Source: Paraspadella gotoi (lineage: Eukaryota; Animalia; Chaetognatha). Taken from it: 11,128 nucleotides of DNA. Under the pieces are notes generated by a model, which saw only the letters and a program-made list of their open reading frames with translations, searched no databases and had not been told where the DNA came from. Within the stretch, counting starts at the first letter, position 1. Every line of letters begins with the position of its first letter. Below are positions 1 through 7,400 of this stretch, one piece after another. Where the stretch lies: assembly GCA_051294375.1 (NCBI GenBank), contig JBJCIZ010000160.1:1-11128 (forward strand). Direction: 5' to 3'. The translations under genes and the position numbers were made by a program.

Positions 1-1
1 T

Positions 2-3000
2 GATCACTTTATATGGACCTTCATATGGCGGCACTAGCGGCGGATTGACGCCGGCTCGTTTGACGAAAACATATTGAGCTGCGTTGAGGTTGCTAGGTAG
101 ATGCACCGCCGGTTGGTGGTGCGCTGACGTCGCTGTAGGTTGCAGACGGGCTACCTCGACTCGAAGCTTGGCCAATTGATTTTTTCTTTGTCGTTGTAGC
201 GCGGCGTCGTCGTTCTGGGCGTCGTCGAGTAAGCTACCGGGAACGCTGATGCCTTCGCCGAAGACGAGGTCCGCTGCAGAGGCGCCTAAGTCTTCTTTGA
301 TGGTAGTTCTGATGGCGAGGAGGGTCATCGGCAGTTTCCAATACCATTTCTCCTTGTTTTCGTTGGCGAGGGCGATTAATGATTCTTTTAATCGTCTGTG
401 GAATCTTTCCACTAATCCGTTCGATTGGGGATGATAAGGCGTTGTCATCTGATGTTTTATTCCCCAATGTTTCGTTAGCTGACGCCATAGTGCAGAAGTA
501 AACTGTGATCCCCTATCAGTTGTAATTATCGCGGGGACGCCGAAAATACTTATCCATTCGTGGCTCATGGCGTCGATAATGGTCGTCGTGAGCGTATCCC
601 TCACCGGGATCGCTGTCGGCCAGCGCGAAAAACGATCAACTATCGTTAACAAGTGAGAGAATCCGTTTGAATTTGGCATTTTTACCAAATCAAGATTAAG
701 GTGTTGAAAACGCCTAGCTGGCACCTTAAATTCGCCAATCTCTGGCACTACATGGCGAGTGACCTTGGCACGCTGACAATCTAAGCAATCGCGTGCCCAT
801 TTTGTCACGTCTTGGCGCATGTTGGTCCAGACAAATTTTGACGCGACGGCCTTTCGTGTGGCGTCGACGCCGGGGTGGCCGAGTCCGTGTATGATGTCGA
901 ATATTTTGCGGCGCCACGAGGCCGGCACGAAGGGTCTGGCGGGTCCATTGGAGATATCAGCTAACAAATCCTGGTCTCCGATTCTAATTTTTCTGAACGT
1001 TAGCCCTGATCTCGCCTCTTCTGCTATCTTTCGATAGTCTGGGTCCAGGGTTTGTTCTTTGGCCATTTGTTCAAAGTTTATTTCGAAACTTGTTAAGGCG
1101 GCGATCATTGCTCTTGCGTCTTCTAGTTTGTCCGCTTTCATTTCTTTATCCTCCGACTTTTCATCTCGAGCTGAAGGAGGTAGAGCTGACGCTATTGTCG
1201 CTTGCGTTTTTGGCGTCGTTGACGACGCCGACGACGATATAAGCGACGACGATGTTGTCGAGGCGAAAGACGGTGACGCCGACGGCGACGATGACGGCGA
1301 CGATGACGACGACGATGGCGGCGACGCTGTCGGCGACGTTGTAGAAGGCGCTATTGCTGACAAATCTGGCGGCGACGCCGGCGAAGATGTCGACGAGGAT
1401 GTCGACGGCGTCGTTGCTGCTTTATTCGTCGTTGTTGATGGCGGAGTGGCGTTTGGCCGAGAGAGGGCGTCGGCCACGACGTTTGCTTTGCCTTTTAAGT
1501 ATCTAACGTCGGTTGTATACTCCGCGATCACCGAGAGTTGATAGGATTGTCTGACCGTTTGTGCCTCTGACTTTTTCCTGATAGCTGTCACCAGACTCTG
1601 ATGGTCGGTGTACAGTGTAAATGAGCGTCCTTCGATCCAGTGTTTGAAGTGTCGAATCGCCTTGAACGCGCCGAACAGTTCTTTATCGAAGGGTGGCCAT
1701 AGTTTCTGGTTCTTGGCTAACTTTGTCGAAAAAAAAGCGAGGGGTTCCCACCCCTTGGGGCCACGTTGCTCTAGGACAGCGCCTACAGCTTGATCGGAGG
1801 CGTCGGTGGTGACGCAAAGCTGAGCTCCTGTTCTCGGATGATGGAGTAAGGCGGCTTGAACTAATCCCTCTTTTATTGCTTCGAAGGCTTGTTGGCACTC
1901 TTCGGTCCACTCTAGAGTCTTGGGTTTCCCGCNNNNNNNNNNATAAAGAGCGGAGCATCGATGCGCGACCCTGGGAATGAATCTCCTGTAATAGTTGATC
2001 ATTCCCAGAAATCGTTGTAGCTCTTTAATCGTCGTTGGTCTCGTCGTCTCTTGTAGCGTCTGTACTCGCTGTGGAAGAGGTCGTACGCCGTCCTTATCAA
2101 CGAGGAAGCCCAAGAACTCCAGTGACTCCTGGCCAAGGAGACACTTTTTGGTGTTTACCACCAGTCCGTTTGCGTCAAGGGCCTTGAAAACTCTTTCGAG
2201 GTCCTTGTAGTGTTCCTCCGGGGAAGTTGACGCCACGAGGATGTCATCTAGGTAAACGAATGTATGTGGAATTTCCCCGAGTATCTCGTCCATTAGCCTC
2301 TGGAAGTCTTGGCCTGCGTTTTTGAGGCCAAATGGACATCGGGGAAACACATACAATCCGAATGGAGTAATTACGGCCGTCTTTTTTACGTCATCTGGAT
2401 TGACCGGAATCTGATGATATCCTTTTAAGAGGTCTATTTTCGAAAATATCGTCTTGCCTTCTAATTGAGAATTAAAATCAGATAATAGCTTCACGGGATA
2501 TTTGTCATCTACCGTTTGTGCATTAAGACGCCTATAATCTCCGCAACAGCGCCACCCTCCGTCTGGTTTTTCAACGACGTGGAGAGGTGACGACCATTCG
2601 GATTTACCACGCTTGGCTATGCCTAACGAAACCATTTTTTCGAGTTCACGCTTGGCGACGGCGAGTTTTTCGGCGTCGAGTCGTCGTGCCCTCGATTGAC
2701 AAGGCCGGCCCTCTGTCGGTATCGAGTGTGTCACTCCATGACGAGGCTCCTTCACTTCGAATGTGGGCGTTGATAGAGATGGGAAACTGTCCAGTAGTTT
2801 ATAGAATTTTTCCCCTTTCCGGTCCACGAAGCTCACGTGGGCCGTCGTCTCCGTCGCTGTTGACGCCGCGATAGTGGAGTAGTCTCTTAGATCGAGGAGA
2901 AGGCCGTCCCTGTGGTTAGGCGCCAAGAAATTTTCCGCCAGGAAGTCGGCGCCGAGTATATGTTGTTTAACGTCGGCGACGATGAAATCATAACTGAATT

Positions 3001-3268
3001 TTCTATCTCCTAGCTGCACTACTCGATTGACGGTTCCATAGCAGCTGATTGACGTTCCATTCGCTGCCTGGAGTTTCATTTCCGGTTCTGGGCCTTTTTG
3101 GCGTTGTTCATTTGTCGGCGGAACTATTGAGAGGAGTGCTCCTCCATCCACTAGCCACTTCGTACGATCGTTGGCGTCGCGGATGAAAAGGAGACTATTT
3201 GACGCCGGTGATCGATTTGACGCCTGGGGGACGGCGTTCACCGNNNNNNNNNNCCTTTGGCGTTTCCC
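2..3268 (-). CDS. pol: Pol polyprotein of element A (protease, RT, RNase H, integrase), partial, expressed by -1 frameshift
   Basis: Manual translation gives VNAVP..WLVDGGA (DGG 3140-3148), ILGADFL, WRCCGDYRRLN, KIDLLKGYHQI, PFGLKNA, YLDD (2243-2254), TTDAS, YTDH, ADALSR, HGLGH/CLDC, TDRG, LVERFH and GPY (11-19), all in one frame across both 10-N gaps. It is absent from the ORF track, most likely because it has no stop before the edge. Confidence 0.93.
1933..1942. other. 10-N undetermined bases in pol A
   Basis: N10 plus 2 nt equals 4 codons, matching DILA of Pol B, so the frame is preserved. Confidence 0.95.
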
Positions 3269-4338
3269 TCTTTCTTTCGTTGTTGTTCCTCGTATCTGGA
3301 ACATCCTGGTTCGCAGGACCAGGCGTCCTCACCGAATTTGACGTGTCTGAAGCATAACGTCGTTAGTTTCGATTTGCCTTTAGACGTTGGGTTTGGCTTC
3401 TTCTTTGTGTTGAAGTTCCGCTTCGTTTTGGCGCCGATGGCGTTGACGCCGTCCTCGCCTTCCGACTCTGATTCATAGTCGTCGCGGCGGCGTCTCTCGA
3501 TATTATTGACGAGCGCTGTAGTCTGACGGATCTTGACGTTGCCGTCGTTGTCGAAATGGCGGTCGGCTACTTCACACAACTCGCTGGCTGATAGATCATC
3601 CGCTTTATCTTCCAGCTGACGGCGCACTTCAGCCGGGAGATCGCGGAGAATCTTCTCCTTGCGGATATCGTCGAGAGTTAACGTTTTCGTTTTCTCTTCT
3701 AGTTTCGCTAGTTGTTTCGATGGTTTAAGGCCTTCGAGTTCCAGCGGGTCGAGCATGGTGGCGGCCTGCTGTCGACGGGTAAGTCCATACTCTTTCCTTA
3801 GATATTCCAAGAAGAGTAGCCAGGTCGCCTCGCTTGCTTCTCCGTAGAGGAACTGGTTGATCTTAGGGTCTACCTTTACGCCAATTTTTGACTCTAAATG
3901 CGCAAACTTCGATTTCGGTGACGTTATCCCGGCGCGAGTGTAGGCAGATTCGACACGTTTAATCCATATTTCGATGTTTGACGTGTCGAAATCTGGAAGA
4001 TCGGGTTTTCGACTCGATGCTCTCTCTAGTGCTCGAGTCGCGGCGGCGAGGGCGGCTCGAAGCTCATCATTCTCATCCTGTAATTCGCGAGGATTGACGT
4101 TGCTTGTGGCGCTGCTGCTGGCGCCGCCGGTGGCCATGTCGGCGTCGTGGAAGTTGCTGTCGTCGACTCGGTGGAAATTGAAAGTAGGTGCTGCGTCGGT
4201 GAAGATGGGCGACGTTGAGCGAGAGCGTGCGCCTCTACCGAATCCTAGGGGGACTTGGAGCGTTGAGGCGGCGTCGCGCTGTTCCTCTGCGTTTCGCTGG
4301 GCGGAGCGGAGGCGTGCGCGAGGGTCTTGATCGCTCAT
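3238..4338 (-). CDS. gag: Gag of element A
   Basis: LPDFDTSNIEIWIKRVESAY motif and CFRHVKFGEDAWSCEPGC knuckle (3301-3354); colinear with Gag B. ATG at 4338 (MSDQ) is preferred to the track's GTG at 4389 because it corresponds to the MSES start of Gag B. Confidence 0.9.
   Translation of the reverse strand: MSDQDPRARLRSAQRNAEEQRDAASTLQVPLGFGRGARSRSTSPIFTDAAPTFNFHRVDDSNFHDADMATGGASSSATSNVNPRELQDENDELRAALAAATRALERASSRKPDLPDFDTSNIEIWIKRVESAYTRAGITSPKSKFAHLESKIGVKVDPKINQFLYGEASEATWLLFLEYLRKEYGLTRRQQAATMLDPLELEGLKPSKQLAKLEEKTKTLTLDDIRKEKILRDLPAEVRRQLEDKADDLSASELCEVADRHFDNDGNVKIRQTTALVNNIERRRRDDYESESEGEDGVNAIGAKTKRNFNTKKKPNPTSKGKSKLTTLCFRHVKFGEDAWSCEPGCSRYEEQQRKKEGNAKXXXXR
3244..3253. other. 10-N undetermined bases at the gag/pol junction of A
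   Basis: With 10 N the heptamer-to-GTGAAC spacing is 20 nt, identical to B. Confidence 0.95.
3262..3268 (-). promoter_or_regulatory. -1 ribosomal frameshift slippery heptamer G GGA AAC (element A)
   Basis: X XXY YYZ heptamer in the gag frame just before the gag stop; pol is in the -1 frame; same site as in B. Confidence 0.85.
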
Positions 4339-4522
4339 CGATGCTTCTGGATCTCGTCGACGTTTTGACTCCAGTATTGACGAGGTCACGTGAGGAAAGA
4401 GAGAGAGGAAAGGTGTGAGCGAATGGGTGATAAGCTTTAACCTTTGATTCCTTCACCCAGTCTTACCTTGGAAGACGTTGTGCTCGGCGTCGTCTCTCTC
4501 TTGAAGGTTGGCTTGATTCCAG

Positions 4523-4535
4523 GTCGGATTCACCA
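4523..4535 (-). promoter_or_regulatory. Primer binding site of A, tRNA-Trp-like (TGGTGAATCCGAC)
   Basis: Directly follows ...CATACA on the minus strand; 11/13 match to the usual animal Trp PBS TGGTGACCCCGAC. Confidence 0.75.
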
Positions 4536-4720
4536 TGTATGTGCGGGCCGGGACATAGTGTCGAGGCCACAACGAGACACGTGGCGCGACCACTGAGTGA
4601 GACGGTACTAAATGCCAGCAGTATCACTTTGGTACAGATCTGATGAGTTATGCAGGGAAGGCGGATCACGTGACACAATTAATTATTGTTTTCGATTTCA
4701 CATTAATTGATTATTATTGA

Positions 4721-4800
4721 TTCGAGATAAAATGATTTTTGATGAGATTAATTATTTAATCGATGAGATTAAAAGTTTTTCGATGAGATTAAAATGTTTA
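4721..4800. repeat. Degenerate ~20-bp tandem repeat, 3-4 copies
   Basis: GATGAGATTA at 4741, 4762 and 4782, plus a weaker copy (GAGATAAAA) at ~4724. Confidence 0.75.
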
Positions 4801-5064
4801 TTCGACTTTGTTTCTCTGACTTAATGTATTGTTTACATTTAGAGATTCAAGATAAAACAATGTTTTTAATGTTGGAGATAAACATTTATTTCAAGAGTTG
4901 AAAACCGAGTGAAAGAGACAAGTCAAAAATCAGTTAAAGAAAACAATTCAAAACAGATTTGATTTGGCGCCAAGACCTCTGTTGTCGATAAGATAACTTA
5001 GGAGAAAACAAAAGGCGTCGAATCTGATCTAAAGTTTTAAATAAGAAATCTGACAGAAAGATTC

Positions 5065-5183
5065 TGTAGCTACTTGGATGGCTGAGGGCTGTGAATCCCG
5101 ATGAGCCAAGTATCGAGATCGGGTTCGAATCCTGTCATGGGATGATTTATTTCCTAAATGAAAATAATCTCTCGAGTGCTACA
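5065..5183 (+). ncRNA. Structured tRNA-like/Pol III B-box unit 1 (putative)
   Basis: GGTTCGAATCC at 5122-5132 in a T-arm-like hairpin; stems TACTTGG/CCAAGTA, TCGAGA/TCTCGA and TGTAGC/GCTACA. No canonical cloverleaf. Confidence 0.35.
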
Positions 5184-5337
5184 ACCCTAACCCTAACCTA
5201 ACCTAACCCTAACCCTAACCTCTAACCCTAACCTAAACCCTAACCCTAACCCTAACCTAACCTAACCCCCTAACCCTATTAACCTAACCCTAACCCCTAA
5301 CCCTAACCCTAACCCTCCCTAACCCTAACCTAACCCT
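5184..5337. repeat. Degenerate telomeric repeat tract (CCCTAA)n/(CCTAA)n, G-rich strand on minus
   Basis: About 26 units by hand count: 13 CCCTAA, 6 CCTAA, the rest variants or partial units. Confidence 0.95.
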
Positions 5338-5412
5338 CCGTGGGATTCGAACCGGTTAACCCATCATAAATCCTCCACAAGTTGACGAGATCAGTTAGTA
5401 GCCATAACTGAT
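5338..5412 (-). ncRNA. tRNA-like/Pol III B-box unit 2 (putative), running into the telomeric tract
   Basis: Minus-strand GGTTCGAATCC at 5353-5343; upstream 8-bp hairpin ATCAGTTA/TAACTGAT (5390-5412). Confidence 0.35.
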
Positions 5413-5480
5413 TCACATATTCCCTTTAGAAACAATTCGATACAGTTTTAACTCGAATTATATTTAATTATAAAATAAAT

Positions 5481-5555
5481 AAAAACGAGTGACGACGGGC
5501 CTCGAACTCGGGACCAGAGATCCACGAGCGTTGACTCTATCAACGTCGCCACTTC
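5481..5555 (-). ncRNA. tRNA-like cloverleaf unit 3 with oligo-T terminator (tRNA pseudogene or SINE-like)
   Basis: Minus strand: GTGGCGA/TCGTCAC 7-bp closing stem, A-box-like TGGCGACGTTG, hairpin CGTTGA/TCAACG, GGA/TCC arm, B box GTTCGAGGC, then TTTTT (5485-5481). Confidence 0.45.
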
Positions 5556-6200
5556 TGTAGTTAATTATTTTATCTCGTTAAAGATTATATTAGCTTTAAC
5601 CGTTTTTACCTTTTTACTTTGTTTACCTTTTGTTTTACTAAACAAAAGATCAATCTGATTAGAATTCGATTTATCAGCTGATTCAACTGGTTATGCTTAT
5701 TTACATCTAGCTTTCCCCTTCATAACAAAACTTTTAACATAGGAAAACCTTCGCCAAATACTAAGCATATTAGTAGTCTCAACAATTGACTCGTTATTTC
5801 CTATTATTGTTATTTGATACAAATCTTTCATGGCATTGTTATTTGTACATATAGATGTTCACATTGCTTGGTGGTAAAAGCAGTATGAATATCTATATGC
5901 TTTGATTATTTTATTAAGGTCATACTTTTACCTAATTAACCAAACAAGTTGGTTATGGACATTTTAGCCTAAGTCTAAAGACTACTCACAAAATAAACTT
6001 TTTATCGAAGCATTTCAACGGCCCATTACTCAGCGCCACGAGCGCCAATCTCCGCGCCACTTCAGATCCAGGTCCTTCAGCATCTCGCGCTTCACCTCGA
6101 ACCTTCAGATCGTTTCTATGTCAACAGTAGCGCCCGCAATCGCCCGTCAAGATCTGCACCTTAAATGGGCGTCAAAGTGAGTTATCTTTCGCCATCTACA
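5556..6200 (+). repeat. Putative 5' LTR of B (645 bp)
   Basis: TGTAG (5556)...CTACA (6200) inverted termini, then TT and the PBS; AATAAA at 5992-5997. The start is inferred. Confidence 0.5.
5848..5899. repeat. Inverted repeat forming a 21-bp hairpin
   Basis: CATATAGATGTTCA-C-ATTGCTT / AAGCAGT-A-TGAATATCTATATG with an 8-nt loop; two G-U pairs as plus-strand RNA. Confidence 0.75.
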
Positions 6201-6202
6201 TT

Positions 6203-6215
6203 TGATGATCCCGAC
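6203..6215 (+). promoter_or_regulatory. Primer binding site of B, degenerate tRNA-Trp-like (TGATGATCCCGAC)
   Basis: 2 nt after CTACA; 11/13 match to TGGTGACCCCGAC. Confidence 0.65.
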
Positions 6216-6263
6216 TAAGAATCATTTTCCAACCTTCTACACAACTCGACGCAAATCTTATCA

Positions 6264-7400
6264 ATGAGCGAGTCCCGAGAGACTCGCCAAACTGCTCGCC
6301 AGCGTCAACAAGCGTCTCTATCGGTTCCCAAAGGCGTCGGCAGAGGCCGAGCTTCCCGCGAAGTTTCGCCAAACGCTCCCGGCGAAATAGCCAACGCGCC
6401 AGCTTTCCCTTTTCCACCAGCGTCGCCAGGCAACAGATTTTTCGCCTTTCCACCGACGTCGCCACGCCTCAGAGCTCTCGTCCACGCCAACGGAGACATG
6501 GCAGCCGCCGCGCCCGTCGACGAGACCGAAGCGCTTCGCTCCGCCTTAGCGTCAGCTCTAAAAGCACTGGAGAAGAAAAGGAAGCCAGAGCTACCGGCGT
6601 TCGATGCAAAAAACATCGACATTTGGATAAGGAGAACAGAAGCCGCCTTTATCCGCGCCAATATAAGGGATTCCACGGAGAAATTCGCACACTTGGAGTC
6701 AAGAATCAGCGTGGACGTCAATCCACGCATTAATGCTTTTCTTTACGGCGAACCTTCGGAGGAAAACTGGACAGCATTCATCGCCTATCTCCGTAAGGAA
6801 TACGGATCGACTCGGCGCCAACAAGCGGCGCTAATCCTCGACGGTTTTACCCGCGACGGATTACGACCATCTCAACATTTGGCACGCCTCGAGGAGAAGA
6901 TTAAGGAGGTAACTATTGACGACGTTAAAAAGGAGACGGTCATCCGCGGCCTCCCTCTCGAAATCAGGAGATCCCTCGAGGACAAAGCTGATGATTGGAC
7001 GGCGGCGCAGTTAGCTGACGCCGCCGACAAATTTTTCAACGCCGAAGGCCAGCCAACTCTCGCGGCACCTACGTCGACAATTCACGCGGCTACACTCGAT
7101 CAGAACGCCGACGCGTCGATCAGCGACTCGGATAACGAAAACGACGCCGGCGTCAACGCCGTACAGAGTCAACGCCGCAATCAGAGCCGTCCTCAACCCA
7201 ACAGCTGGCGCCAGAGCGCCGCAAGCGCGCCGTCGACGACCGTTCGACCTCCTAATGCCCGGCTGAAGCAAATCTGCCGCTGGCATTTAAGATTCGGCGA
7301 CGCCGCCTATCGATGCGAACGAGGCTGCGCCAGGAAAAGCGAGCGCCGCGAAAAGAAGGAGACGTCATCGGGAAACGGCGCCGCGGGCCAGCGCAGGTGA
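6264..7400 (+). CDS. gag: Gag of element B (378 aa)
   Basis: LPAFDAKNIDIWIRRTEAAF motif; CRWHLRFGDAAYRCERGC knuckle (Cx2Hx9Cx3C, 7275-7328). Confidence 0.92.
   Translation: MSESRETRQTARQRQQASLSVPKGVGRGRASREVSPNAPGEIANAPAFPFPPASPGNRFFAFPPTSPRLRALVHANGDMAAAAPVDETEALRSALASALKALEKKRKPELPAFDAKNIDIWIRRTEAAFIRANIRDSTEKFAHLESRISVDVNPRINAFLYGEPSEENWTAFIAYLRKEYGSTRRQQAALILDGFTRDGLRPSQHLARLEEKIKEVTIDDVKKETVIRGLPLEIRRSLEDKADDWTAAQLADAADKFFNAEGQPTLAAPTSTIHAATLDQNADASISDSDNENDAGVNAVQSQRRNQSRPQPNSWRQSAASAPSTTVRPPNARLKQICRWHLRFGDAAYRCERGCARKSERREKKETSSGNGAAGQRR

Larger units (their letters stand above)
1..5183 (-). mobile_element. Ty3/Gypsy LTR retrotransposon A (CsRn1/Kabuki-like), 3' part cut by the window edge
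   Basis: Minus-strand order LTR-PBS-gag-PR-RT-RNaseH-IN (Gypsy order) and a CHCC Gag knuckle. The outer boundary at 5183 is inferred from TGTA...TACA termini. Confidence 0.93.
4536..5183 (-). repeat. Putative 5' LTR of A (648 bp)
   Basis: Minus strand starts TGTAGCAC at 5183 and ends CATACA next to the PBS; AT-rich outer part and GC-richer inner part. The second LTR copy is not visible. Confidence 0.6.

Noticed and set aside
1059-1541. 160-aa Asp-rich plus-strand ORF
   Set aside because: Antisense shadow of the Ser/Thr/Pro linker in pol A.
1924-1930. Second GGGAAAC in pol A next to an N gap
   Set aside because: Read as GGG AAA C in the pol frame, the wrong phase for -1 slippage; it encodes the conserved GKP.
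234-2874. Other short ORFs over pol A
   Set aside because: Antisense or off-frame shadows of the continuous pol frame with no recognisable motifs.
4540-4677. Alternative short LTR A (TGTG...CACA, 138 bp)
   Set aside because: Not excluded, but TGTA...TACA at 4536-5183 adjoins the PBS, matches the TGTAG start and length inferred for B, and ends at a sharp sequence transition.
4215-4678. Small ORFs in the leader/LTR of A
   Set aside because: They overlap the UTR, PBS and LTR, have no recognisable motifs and no counterpart in B.
4721-4800. CRISPR-like array
   Set aside because: Units are only ~20 nt, there are no true spacers or cas genes, and the context is eukaryotic.
5095-5143. Hammerhead-like CCGATGAG...CGAGA...GTC arrangement
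   Set aside because: Core deviates from CUGANGA/GAAA, stem II is only 1 bp and stem I does not pair at the cleavage site. CTGATGAG at ~4640 also lacks a partner GAAA.
5065-5555. Functional tRNA genes
   Set aside because: No proper D and anticodon arm geometry; kept only as tRNA-like units.
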